Counted from the whole stretch's first letter, positions 52,391 to 63,663 are shown. The stretch: 63,663 nt of DNA, filler included, from Olpidium bornovanus S191 (GCA_017911155.1; 28 parts of 28 records of this genome joined end to end with filler, not necessarily neighbours in it); one strand, 5' to 3'. The notes: a model not told the origin generated them from the sequence alone. Numbers and translations: made by a program.

Positions 52391-52744
52391 GGCGAAGACA
52401 AAATAAGCTTCGCCCCTCGCGGGCATAAAAGGCGTCCGCTCCTCTGCCCGCCGCCCCGAAGCACCAACACAAAAACAAAGGGAGAAAAGGAAGGAAAGGA
52501 TAGGGAAAATAAAGATGGCCGCCGCCACGCTCTCGTCCGCCGTTGCTGTGGCCGCCACGCTCCCGTCCGCTGTTGCTGCGGCTATCGTGGCCGTTCGCGA
52601 GTACTGGCACGTCCCCGAAGCATGGCAGTCCGACAACACGTGCCGTGGTCTGCGCGTCAAATTTGAGGTGCGGACAGAGGCTGGACAAATTCACAAGCAT
52701 TGCCGCACGCAGCGCCACACAAAGCGAAAGCATGGAGGACCGAA

Positions 52745-53169
52745 GGCGGCTCTCCCGGGGTACGTGTGGGCGCGGGTCTCTGACGGTTGGCCGCCAGAGC
52801 AAAGGTCCCAAGCCCACGGCAGTATCCGAGGGCTGCTGGGCGTCCTTCTTGCGGAGGCTTCTTTTAGGCGCGGCTGTGTGTGCGGTCGTGTGCGCGGGCT
52901 GGGGATGGAGCGGATGCTTGGAGGATTGAAGGCGGCTCTCCCGGGGTGCGTGCGGGCGCGGGTCTCTGACGGTTGGGCACCGGAGCAGAGGTCCCAAGCC
53001 CGCAGCATTATCCGGGGGTCGTCGGACGTCCTTCCAGCAGAAGCTTGCGTCCGCTGCCCAGTGACAGCGCGGCGGGTCGACGGCAGCTCTCCCGGGGTGC
53101 GTGCGGGCACGGGTCTCTGACGGTCGGCCACCGGAGCAGAGGTCCCAAGCTTGCAGCATCATCCGGGGG
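52745..53169 (+). repeat. Three copies of a unit of about 88 bp (52745-52832, 52931-53018, 53082-53169) separated by unique 98- and 63-bp segments
   Basis: All three share GGC(G/A)GCTCTCCCGGGGT.CGTG.GGGC.CGGGTCTCTGACGGT.GG...CC.GAGCA.AGGTCCCAAGC. Confidence 0.9.
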
Positions 53170-53464
53170 ACGCTAAATGCCCTTCCTGCCGAAACTTCCG
53201 CCCGCGGCCTTTTGGGTCTTTTTATCTGCACGGTCTCGAATGACCATGCCTGACGTGTTTCCGATTTCTGTCCTTTCGCGCCCCGGGGCAGATCTTGGTC
53301 AACCTCCTCGCCAAAGTGACGGTGCCGGGGGCGTTGGAGGTGTTGCTTGCCGACCGGGAGGGCCNNNNNNNNNNNNNNNNNNNNNNNNNNNNNNNNNNNN
53401 NNNNNNNNTTAATTAATTAANNNNNNNNNNNNNNNNNNNNNNNNNNNNNNNNNNNNNNNNNNNN

Positions 53465-54871
53465 AGGCTGCCGGACGCGCAGGACGCCGCTCCTGCTGTA
53501 GCTCTCGCCCGTCGCGACGCACTTGGACAGGGCCTCGTCCCAGTCCGGCGGGAGGTCGACGGTGTCCCGGAAGTTGAGGTTCATGACGTCGCGCTCGAAG
53601 ATCTCCCTCCAGGAGGGGCTCGTCGACACGTATCGAGCGTTCGCGTCCAACGCGGCCACCGGGACCGGAGCCATTCTCATGAGCTTCAAGAACGCATCCA
53701 CGTCTTGCTGCGCGTGCTCCGTGGTCACATCCACGATGCTCTGCAACCGCTCCACCCTCGTGACGTCAACGGCGTTGATGAGGAATCCGGACACCTCGCC
53801 CGCCTCCACAGGGACCACCGTGAGCCCGGCCGGGCACACGCTGCCGTCCGAAGCCCGCAGGCGCCAAGACTTTTGTGGGTCCGTGGGCGAGCAGTTGCCT
53901 TCTCGCGAGAGCTTGGATAGGAACGCTTGGGCGTCGACAGGTTCCGACGGGCCTGCGCTCATGTGCTGCCGGACCTGAGCCTCGTCAAAGAGCTCGAGTA
54001 TCCTCCCGAAGTCGCCGCCGACTCTCGGCCGTCCGCCCCAGAACCTTTCCAACGCGCGTTTGTTTGCCACCTTGACTTCTCCTCGCGCTGTCGTTGCGAT
54101 GATGAAATGGGGCGTGTTGTCCAGCACAGCCGAGCGGAACGCCATGGCGGACTTGAGCTTCCTCTCCATCTCGATTTGGACAAGCACCGCCCGGAGGACG
54201 CCCGGGACGATATACCACACAGCCACCGAACAGACAAGGGACACTGTGGCGGTGAGGCCACGAAACGACACCACCGCCGGCAGGGACGAATTGCGGTGGG
54301 AGTCGATTATGTGCCCGATGCCGCACAACATGATGAAAGCCGCGAAGAGGATGGCGACGACCTTCTGGAGCGGCGTTGTCGACGGGAAGCTGCGGCCGTA
54401 ATAGACGATCTGAGCGGGGATGGCGAGGTAGCTGACGCCGACCAAAATATCGAATATGCGCAGCCAGTCGATCGCCGGCGCCAGAGAGCTGAGTTCCTCC
54501 GGGACGAGGTCAACCGGCAGGCCAGTCGCCGGGCACAGGTGCAGAAGGCAGGCAACAAGCAGCCGGCTCACTCGGGGCGCCTGGCCTCGCGTGGCAAATC
54601 CGCGGCGAAGTGGGCCCCACGTCGCATCCCGGGGCAGCGTCGACTTCCCAAGAAGGGGCATACCCCGCTGGCCTCCGAGACGACGTCCCTGCCCGCCTCG
54701 GTGGTGTCCGGTAGCGTGCCGCAAGGAGGTGAGCACCGGCGAGCACGAGGACAGTGTGTGGCGGCCGACACTCAGGGCGACAATGCCGCGCTTGCCAAGA
54801 TGACGCAGGACGCGACACCGAGCCAATATCTCGCACAGGGAATCGCGGACCGATCTGAGATACTCGGTCAT
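53465..54871 (-). CDS. Ethylene-receptor-like sensor: ETR1-type three-TM ligand-binding domain (about 54470-54190) followed by PAS/PAC and a second PAS; intronless, 3' truncated; start at 54871 or at the downstream Met (MPLLGK)
   Basis: DILVGVSYLAIP and FAAFIMLCGIGH preserve the spacing of ETR1 D25/Y32/I35/P36 and F58/F61/I62/C65/H69. RGLTATVS..IVP matches K91-T94-S98..P110. Downstream come AVLDNTPHFIIATTARGEV..AN and MAPVPVAALDANARYV..S. Confidence 0.88.
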
Positions 54872-55371
54872 TCGCGAGGGGGGTGGGTGGGGAATGCGTG
54901 CGAGTCAGCAGGGCCGCGGCCGCCCGCAATTTGCCTGCTGAAAGTCCAGCTTCACGCCGCACACGGGCGCTCCCTCACGACGGCTCGGCGTGATGCCGAC
55001 GCAACGCCCCTCCTTCCCGCCTGGCCGCCGCTCCCCGTCCGGCTTCTTCCCTCTGCTCCGCTGCGGGCGGGGGCAGCCGACAGCTTCCCGGAGGGGGGGG
55101 GGAGGTGGGGGGGAGGGGGGAAAAAGGGGGAAGGGGGCGACCGATTTCGCGGGGCGAAGCGGGAACGCGCTCTCGCCGACGGCGGGGCGGGCGCCGTCGT
55201 CGCCCTGCAGCCTTCCTCGCTCACCTTGCACGCTACGTGCCGGTAGCGAGGATCCCGGCCTGACGCCGTTCTTCCATCTCGGGTAAGGATCCCGGGCGGG
55301 GGGTCCCCGTTTCGGGGCGCGGCCGGCCGCCCCCCGCCCGCCCTCGCCCGTGACCCGGGCGCTCGTTCCCC

Positions 55372-55410
<39 letters not shown>

Positions 55411-55436
55411 CCCCCCCCCCCCCCTCCCCCCCCCCT

Positions 55437-55468
<32 letters not shown>

Positions 55469-56436
55469 CCCTGCGCGCGTCGCCGCGCGCAAACCCCGTC
55501 CCTCGGCCACCCCCGCACACGCCCCACCCCCCCGGCCCCCCCAGCGCACACGCCGGCGGCTCCCGCCCATCGGGAACGGGCGCAGAGAAGCCGCACGCGC
55601 GCGCGGCTGGAGCACGTCAGGCGGCGGAGCGGGGCGTCGGGCGTTTGATTGCGTGCTCGGCTGGCAAGAATGAAAAATCGGTCTTTCATCCCTCCTAGTG
55701 TCAGGCCCCCACCCCCCACCGCACCACCGGTGTCCCGTGCGCAGGAGTGTTGGGGGCGCTCCCATCCCCCCATTCAGTCAGTTCCCGTCAGGATAAAAAC
55801 GGCCGGTGCGCATCGAAGCGAAGAGTCCGCTGCGGCCCATGGTTGTACAAGCAAATACATCCCAGTCAGCTCTCGGACCTCCCCACCGTGACAGGCGCTC
55901 TCACGCCACGGCCTCTGGAAAGATTGGGGCCCCATTCCAGCCTACGAAAACAACAACANNNNNNNNNNNNNNNNNNNNNNNNNNNNNNNNNNNNNNNNNN
56001 NNTTAATTAATTAANNNNNNNNNNNNNNNNNNNNNNNNNNNNNNNNNNNNNNNNNNNNAGTTGGCTGATCTGCCACAGAGGGCGGCCCCAATCACCGGTT
56101 AGGCAACGGAGCAGGTTGAACCGGCAGCGCGGCGGCCGAAACCTGGCGTGACTTGAGGCGGAGCGGCCTCTGGCCCATGTCCGTATAAGCTTGGCCATCC
56201 CGTGAGACATACAGGCAAATCTCTTCGCGATCCGGGCTGGGAAGACTGCTTCCGGCGGTTCTCTTTCAAACGAGGCCACGGCGCCGCAGCCCCACAGCGC
56301 CTCGCGAAAGCCGACGCTGCAGCTGCTGGAGGCCCTTTACCACAAATACCGAAGGGGTCACGGCCGCGCCGTCAGAACCTTTCCCTGCCAGCCGTCAAAC
56401 TCTTCCTTGAAGGTTGGACAGCCGACGGTTCATAAA

Positions 56437-57297
56437 TCACGTGACGTCGTGGTTTGTCAAGCGCCAAGACAAGCAGCCGCAACCAGTGTGTCACGTGACA
56501 TTATGGCTGAGCCGCGGCACCAAGAAGCGGTCACACCAAGCGTGCCTACTAGAACTGTCACGTGATGTGACATGCACGCTGTGCTGTGGCACGGCCTTTG
56601 AACCGCGCGGCGCTGTGGCACGGCCTTCGAACCGCGCGGTGCTGTGGAACGGCCTTCAAACCGCCCGCCGAAGGCGCCAGCGGTCGACAGAGGCGGCAGC
56701 GGGCGACAGGCGGCAGCGGTCGACAGGCGGAGGCAGACGAAGGGGCGAGAGGCGGGCAAGGAGGCGGAGACAGAAGCAGGATCGAGGGCAAGACGGCCCC
56801 CGAACCCGGGGGCCGACCAATAAAATAATCCCCCTCGAAGCCCGCCAATCGAAGAGCTCTCTCCCCTTCCCCCCAGCGCCACACGCGGGAGCCCCCCGCC
56901 AACCATCGTTCCCCCCTGGGTAAACGATACTGCCCGCACGCCACCGCACGAAAGCGCGGAGCCCCGCGTGGTAACCGCGACCGCGCGGGAAGGGACCAGA
57001 CGCACCGCGTCGACAGACGCGACGTCGAAGAACGAGCTGGCCGTTGACCTGCCCTCGGCTCGACGTCGACGGGCATAAATAGCCTCCCTTCAGCCCCGTA
57101 GTTCGATTTCGAAGCAAAAATTCTCTTGTACTTCCGACAGCTTCGAAAGCTGAAGTACAACGGTCCCGAACACGCAATAAAAAGTTGTTTGCTTCAACGC
57201 TTCTTGCTTTTCACGTGTTACACGTGACGTCATGATTTCGTGACTGCGCCAAGACAAGCGGCCGTATTGTGTACGCCGCAATGCAGAGTCACGTGAC
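56437..57297. repeat. Repeat-rich segment: six CACGTG motifs, a direct repeat of about 42 bp (56438-56479 / 57221-57263) and a 29-bp unit x3 (56580-56670)
   Basis: CACGTGACGTC.TG.TTT...GCGCCAAGACAAGC.GCCG occurs twice. GCTGTGG.ACGGCCTT..AACCGC.CG.. occurs three times in tandem. Confidence 0.75.
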
Positions 57298-58457
57298 GTC
57301 CGGCTGGCTCGCAGTGTGTCTCGCTGCAACCGGTACGTGACCGATACCCAGTCCCAGGCCGTCGACCGAGACCCAGAACCGGTATTATAGAGCGAGCCAG
57401 CATGGTGGTGCCAAAGTCATATAATTGGCAAATTTTCACCACGCTGTGCCATTCGGAATATTTCCGAGCCAGCCGCCAGTTCCGGCGCTGCAATACTGGA
57501 TATTTGCACGTGGGCGGTATGCAGCTAATATAGACGGGTTGCTGGAGCCGGCAATACCAACGGCGCCGTTGGAAATGATGATCGCGCACCACCATCATTA
57601 GCTCGATCTCTCTGGTGAATCAAAAGCTGCTTGCATTTTCTACCTGATCTGGTTACCTTCGCACCTGCTGGTCCTGCTGGCCCCATGACATTTCGCCGAA
57701 TCGTAATTCACCTACGGCTCGTAATTCACCTACGGCCGCTTCGCGGCCTTGGAGAACATAGAATCGACGTTGGGTTCTGGTTTTCGGACTTCGCGTCTAA
57801 AGTTCCGACGGTAGCTTGGACTGGTAGCGGCTTCTATACAACGCCAGAGCGGGCATCTCTCAGAAAGTCAAGCCAGGCGCGCGCAACGATTGTGGACGTG
57901 ATCACCTTGTTGCGTAAATTGGGCCTCTTCCCACATGATGCCAGCGAACGCTGCGGGCAAAAAGTCGCCGGCAAATCGGCTAATGAGCTGCCTTTGCAGG
58001 TAATATACCCTTCTTCCACGACTCCTCTGGCCGTTGCATTCTGCACTCAGTGACACAAGTCAAGCCTCATGCCCGGCAACAAATGTCCGGCTTCCCCCAA
58101 CTCCGTTTGACATCCTGGCATGTCCGTGCAATTTTTAACAGGCCGCAGTTTCAGCACTGGGGAGAAACAACATGGCAACAGATTGGACCACGGCCACTGA
58201 GTGCGAAATTCGGCTAGCCTTTGGGCTGGGTTCGCGCAATGGAACCAAAAGCGCCGTGGCGTACGCGGGGAACGCAACCCAATTGCAGAATTTCCGAAGT
58301 CCATGACGACAACGCGGCGACCGCCGAATCGTAATCTGTACTCCCGCCCCTCACCCTTCGGGACGCGCTTTGGAAAACTTGACGCGTTCTACACGGTATG
58401 AGTGGTTTGCGCAATAGAACGACGATTGGCCGGGTCAAACTGATGATTGGGCGCCCT

Positions 58458-60286
58458 TCAGCGGCCTTTTACTTCTCGGTAAGCCTGCTTGGTGTATTCA
58501 TACACCTGGAAAAAAAACAAGTATTCAGGCGGACGGAGCCCGAGGGGACCACCTGCATCGTCGGACCTCACAATTCGAATGGCAACGCATCACTTACGGC
58601 CAGAGCACCGCTCACATGGACATTTAGCGACCTAAATCAAGCACATAATGTTACAGGGGCCGGATCCAATGGAGTTCAAAATCCGCTCTTTCCGTCTTTC
58701 ATACCTTGTCACCCCGTATTGCGGAATCTCCAGTGTCTGATCCACCAACTGTAGCAAATGTGGTGGGATGCCGTCCCTTTCCCGGCCTGATGTGCTTAAA
58801 GCGTTAGGTGACATGCCGTCACCGAAAAGACAACACAGGCAGTATTCGTCACTCACCGAGAAGCTGTACCATTTGGTGACAAAGCCGAATTGTCAACCGG
58901 AGGCAAGCATGACCGCAGAAGAGAAACGAAACGCAAAAAAAAAAAAAAAAAATATTGGCGGAAGCCCCAAAAAAGATTCGCAAACCCGGCCACCTTTGCT
59001 GGGAACGGGCAGCATGGCTCCCTGCTACGCACCAAAACACTTTTCGACGGGAACCGGTAATCAGAAAGGCGCATGCTGTTCGTGGTCTGTTCAAGGCCAA
59101 TGATCGTGTAATTTTCGTCTTTCTTAGACATCAAGTAGGTTTCCAGATCCTTCTCCGGAACCTGCAGGATTTCGGTGCCAAATTGAGCAGGAGCGCGGTT
59201 TCCCGGCGTCGTGAGGCATTTTGCCGGGGATAGTCTGAGCGAAACCTTACCTCGGTCAATCGTATCCAGTGCTCCGCATTCATGCTGAGCGCCTTAAACT
59301 GGTCGTCCTCTTTCATCTGAGGCGAGTACGGGAAGGGAATAAGTCACCGGCGAATTCTCGGGCTACGGAACAACATGCTGTTTGTACCAACCTTGAGCGA
59401 TCTGATAACCAGCTCTGAAGCGTTAAAAACTTCGCACGTCCGTGTCAAGCCTGCTCCAGCACAACGCTTCAGTAAATCATCGGAGAGGATGCTTTACCGT
59501 GAGAAATGGCGTTGGCGCCTCACCTCCTATGTTCGGTGCCTGGCAAAGGGGCAACATCGAGTTACAGACTGTCGTCACAAAGGCGTTCCCAAAAGCAGTG
59601 CACCGAGGAAACCTCACTTTATCTATCAAGCTGGCAACCAAAATCAACGGGTTGCAATCTTTCTGATTGGGCGGCCAAAGGGACGCAACGGAGTAGTCAG
59701 CGGAACGCGAAGTACGAGAAGGGTTCGATGAAGCATCGCACGTTTTTCAACCTTTTCCCTGATAGTTGGCCCTTCAACCAAATTCAGGTCGGCCTCGGCG
59801 AGCAGCTCCCAGGGCTCGATTTTCTTTTGAACAAAATCTGCACCGCCCCCCGATGAGACATCTCCTCTCGGGTCACAACGGTTGGATGGCCCCAAACTTT
59901 CCGCAACGGGCTGCACGGCTGCGACTGCCAAGGGACTGTCTTGCTCCCCAGCAGACGGCCCAACCATTCTGGCGGGATTGCGGAACGGGATGAACTTGCT
60001 CGGCCTCGGGTCTACCTTCTCAAAAGCTCGCTGGTACGGGCATGCGCTCTCGTCAGCCGTTGCTACACTTCCTTAAAATAAGCGACCCGGGAACTCTCAC
60101 TCCCCAGCTTTTCACTCCCAACTGACTTCGGCGATCCGCTCATTCTCCGCCGCCCCAATGACAGACATGACCTCGCGGAAGACAGCGTTGACGTTGAAGT
60201 CCTTAACAGGGTCGAACCGATCCACCAGATAGTTTTTCCGAAGCTTCGCCATAGTCTTCTCGGTGTCGCTGTGTGTTTTCAGGAAA
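58458..60286 (-). CDS. TRM3: tRNA (guanosine-18 2'-O)-methyltransferase Trm3/TARBP1, C-terminal SpoU domain, multi-exon, 5' truncated
   Basis: FDPVRDFNVNAVF|FVQKKIEPWE|LILVASLIDK|LTRTCEVF|AEHW|YTIIGLEQTTNS...FPSKSVLV|GRERDGIP...LEIPQYGVTR|SLNVHVSGA|VYEYTKQ...*. Confidence 0.92.
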
Positions 60287-60386
60287 NNNNNNNNNNNNNN
60301 NNNNNNNNNNNNNNNNNNNNNNNNNNNNNNTTAATTAATTAANNNNNNNNNNNNNNNNNNNNNNNNNNNNNNNNNNNNNNNNNNNN

Positions 60387-61389
60387 CATGCCGCACCTTT
60401 GTCCAACAGCCGAAGACCAGTCCGATCAAGGTACAGCTCCATCAGCCCATCGAGGTGAGAATAGGGAATAGGTTTGTACGGTATATGTGCTGGATATTAT
60501 CTGTGCATCAGCTCCGGTTCCGCGTCGTACAATGCACGCATGTTGCAAACCTAACCTGTTTGAAAGCGTACCTCGTACGCCGTCGAAGGAAGCAGCGGAA
60601 GTGGCGATTCCGCGCCCAGTGCTGTCGTCGGAAGGATGAGCTGGTAACCTAGGTATAGGTTCTTCCACGGTTGGCCCGTTGGCACGAAAACAGGTATGCT
60701 GCTTCCTATATTGCTCAGTGCGATCGCGAACGAAGACACAAGCATCTTGGACGTTCCGACATCCAAGTGGCTGGACTGCAGGTTGGGTGTGGAGGAGAAG
60801 ATGTCGGAAATCGAGACTGGCGACACCACGATCAGATGTGGCAGGCCAGTCCAGCGGTGCAGCGGGTGGATGGGAGTCGTCGGGTCTTGCAGCGAGGGAA
60901 GCCTCGTGGGTAGGAAGTCAAAATTAAACCGAGTCCTGCATGCACCGCAGTCGCTGCCGTTCGATGTGCCACGGGCCCAATCCAGGTAAGGGACGTGGTA
61001 ATGGTGGTATGTCACAGCGTACGACGCATCTTCGAGCGCGATCACCTCCTTTTGCGTGAAATAGATTGGGCCCCCGGTGCCTGTGTCGCGCGCGCCTCCG
61101 ACCTTATCAGTTTCGTTGCTGCCTTTTTTGCAGAGAGGTTCGTCCGGACAGCTGCAGTGGCCGTTGTTGTGCAAGCCCCATGATCTGAGGTGGTCCTCAA
61201 TGGACGTGACGAAACGCTCCCTGCGTTGGCGGGCCAGATGAGAACGCTGCGCGGCCGAAGATATCGCACGGCCCGCCTGCGACAACGGGGCCACAGCTGT
61301 ACGTGTCGGTGGACTCACCAACCGCTCGCCGACGTGTAATCGAGGATCTCGAAAGTGGGTTCCCCTTCGGACGTAGAAGTCGTCGCCAT
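60387..61389 (-). CDS. RAB3GAP1: Rab3 GTPase-activating protein catalytic subunit, N-terminal part, spliced, 3' truncated
   Basis: MATTSTSEGEPTFEILDYTSASGW|ERFVTSIEDHLRSWGL compares with human FEITDFTTASEWERFISKVEEVLNDWKL. Later HRWTGLPHLIVVSP...KMLVSSFAIALSNIGSSIPVFV...W..LYLG also fits. Confidence 0.85.
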
Positions 61390-62068
61390 TACCGCGAGGC
61401 AGGCGTCTTTCTTTGACTTGCAGCTGACCGCGCGAGCGGCAGGGAAGGGGCGGGACGTTTGGGCGGAGGATTAAAACCCCGCGTTTTCCCGCGTTATGAA
61501 CTGCGCGGCGGTGTTCCTTGGGCGCTTTGAGCTCCGGCGTGCGAACGCCGTGCGCAAGGAAGAGGTCGCCGGCGCTCCGTTCGCGGTCGGGCGGGTTTGA
61601 CGTGGGGGAAAAAGCGCGGGGTGGGTTGTTGACTGACACCTGGCGGCGGCTCGATTTCGGCCGCCGACGCGCGCTTTTGCTCGCAGGCCGGAAACTGGTG
61701 TGAACGGTGCAATGCGTTCTGCGGGTCACGTGATCATCAAAGTTCTCCTCCTTCGGGAGGGGGAGTAGCCGGTGCAGCCCGGCTCCGTCCTCCCGCGCCA
61801 GAAAAGCAAACGAAAGTGTTGCTCCGGCAAGTGTTGCTCCCTTAACCCTTGTTCACGCGCCGCCACAGCTCCAGGTTTGGTGCATACCTTGGTACCAATT
61901 CCCGATTGGTTCTGAGCCTCTCACCAGCACCACGCGTTACAAAAGGCAGGACTTCCACCCGCTCCATGNNNNNNNNNNNNNNNNNNNNNNNNNNNNNNNN
62001 NNNNNNNNNNNNTTAATTAATTAANNNNNNNNNNNNNNNNNNNNNNNNNNNNNNNNNNNNNNNNNNNN

Positions 62069-63174
62069 CTTGGACAAAGGAACCGGTTCGTCGGCCGCCA
62101 AGGCGCCCTCTTTTTTGTGCGAAACGTCCGGATGAATAACGGACGCCCGGGCGCTTGCACGGAGAACTCCGCCAACGTTCGGGTCCATGTTGAGGACTCG
62201 GCGAAGAAGGATGAGCTCGCATTGCAGCAGGGAGGTTTTCAGTCGAGTGTATGTCTAGGGTGCACCGCGAAACGAAACGAGAAAAAAAAAAAAAAAAAAA
62301 AAAGAGAAAAATTTTTGAGGAGAAATTTTTTTCGGCGGCAAGTTCGCACTAGGAGCCCCGGCACTCTCCACACGCGTGCTCAGGATTTTAATTGCCATCG
62401 GTTTTTACCTCAATTTGAAGACGTCGGTTTTCCGGGTTCAGAAGGCTGAGGTCCTGTCAATAGAGGAGGTTGCGCGGAAAACTTCGCCCCAAAAGCGCTC
62501 CAAGCCGCAGAGCGGCCGCTCCGCGCGGCAGAGTCTGTTCACCCTACCAGTAGCCGATGTTGATCACATCCCGCATCCTTCGACCCGTGGCAGTGGACTT
62601 GCACGCAATGTAGATGCAGGCCGTCGCCACAAGCTGCCAGACGGCGCGAAGACGCACGAACGAACACCGGAGGGGTTCAGGAGGCGGTTTCGTGGCGGGG
62701 CGCTCAGCAGTATCCCGCTTTTTCGGTGGTTGGAGAAACAACACACGTATGGGTCGTTCGGAATCGTCATGTCCGCGGGGCAGGCGGGGTTGTCGCCGTC
62801 AGGCTGCAAGTGCTTCGCGCACTGGTAATAGAGCATGAACGACGTGCCGACGGCCTCGTACGGCCTTTGAGGAGCACGAAAGGGGAACCCGGCGGGTCAG
62901 CAAAAAGAAAAAACCACCCCAGCGTTTCCGGCTCTCGGCCGACAACGCGCGGCCGGGTGAGAAAAAGGGAAACTCACAGCTCCAGCATGTCAGCGGCGAG
63001 ACTGATGAACTGGGGCGGGGTAAGCCGGGGTTCGGGCGGCGGCGGCGGCGGCGGGGATCCGAGCGCGCTCTGGTCCTCGGCCGGCGGGTTGGCGTGCGTT
63101 CCGGCGGCGGCCGGCGCGGCGACAACGCCGTGCCGGCGCCTGGCGCCGTCCTCAGGCTCCCTGTGCGCGGACAT
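62069..63174 (-). CDS. CCNQ: Cyclin Q (FAM58/cyclin M)-like transcriptional cyclin, multi-exon, 3' truncated
   Basis: FISLAADMLEL|PYEAVGTSFMLYY...DPY|LVATACIYIACK...RMRDVINIGY|LLNPENRRLQIE|YTRLKTSLLQCELILLRRVL follows CCNQ (FIMEAGVKL...DPYLIAMSSIYLAGK...RDIINV...DSIVQCELLMLRVL). Cyclin L/K is the alternative call. Confidence 0.65.
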
Positions 63175-63596
63175 TTGGCGGGCGGAGTGCCTTCTCTTTT
63201 TTTTTTTATTATTATTATTATTATTACTATTCTTTTGTTCAACAAAAAAAAACCCGCTTCCAAGAGAAACGCCAACGTCCCCGAATCATCCCCGGCAGCT
63301 TTTCCTCCCCCTGTCTCTTTCTGGCCATCCCCAACCCAGTGTATTAGCACATGTTCAAACGCCCGTTCTAAAGGGAATGTCAGGGTGTCCGTCGGATTCC
63401 GAATAGGACGTAAATAGGACATTATATATAGAATCAATGGTTGACGTGTGCTGTTTCTCCTTCCTTGTCAGACCGAACGCCGACGAAAGCTTTATTTTTC
63501 GGTTCGCACTTTTTTTGCGAAGCCCTTTCCGTCTTTTTTCTCTCTCTCTTTCTTCTCGCACTGGTAAACGCAGCGGAGAGAAACCGCCGCTTTCTT

Positions 63597-63656
<60 letters not shown>

Positions 63657-63663
63657 TACCTTA

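Noticed and set aside
52745-53169. Repeat-spacer-repeat layout resembling a CRISPR array
   Set aside because: The units are about 88 bp and divergent, the spacers are unequal, there are no cas genes and the context is eukaryotic.
57600-58400. Broken minus-strand frame that could be a decayed gene or TE
   Set aside because: No transposase, recombinase or enzyme motif could be identified.
60551-61729. 392-aa ORF treated as a single protein
   Set aside because: It reads through UTR and introns. The real RAB3GAP1-like start is at 61389 in another frame.
40914-63174. Apparent cluster of flagellar, sensory and animal-like genes (CatSper-epsilon-like, GPCR, CFAP58, ethylene receptor-like, cyclin Q)
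   Set aside because: Each is on a separate contig joined by artificial linkers, so physical clustering cannot be claimed.

Overview
This is eukaryotic, GC-rich, intron-containing DNA, most consistent with an early-diverging flagellated (zoosporic) fungus. That is an inference from the mix of fungal-type genes (NAM8/NGR1, SLM1-like, RPA34, OSH-type, VMA5, DBP2) and motile-flagellum genes. Olpidium-like organisms are one candidate, but the species cannot be established from the sequence. The window is not continuous genome. It consists of 28 short contigs joined by 27 identical 100-bp linkers (44 N + TTAATTAATTAA + 44 N), so most genes are truncated and adjacency across linkers is not evidence of linkage. 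Recognisable spliced genes or gene fragments include NAM8/NGR1, an SR-type RRM exon, VMA5, SLM1-like BAR-PH, DBP2, ZRANB2, an OSH4-7 first exon, EPT1/CPT1, TMEM128-like, CFAP58-like, RPA34, TRM3/TARBP1, RAB3GAP1 and a cyclin Q-like gene. There are also several decayed copia and gypsy LTR-retrotransposon pieces and many simple repeats. The most striking items are (1) a spliced homologue of the sperm Ca2+ channel auxiliary subunit CatSper-epsilon, (2) an intronless ethylene-receptor-like sensor (ETR1-type binding domain plus two PAS domains), (3) an intronless protein with six or more RRMs behind a mitochondrial-type presequence, and (4) a 109-aa Cys-containing secreted effector candidate. All family assignments are by eye against remembered reference sequences and need database confirmation. 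No rRNA, tRNA or CRISPR array was seen.
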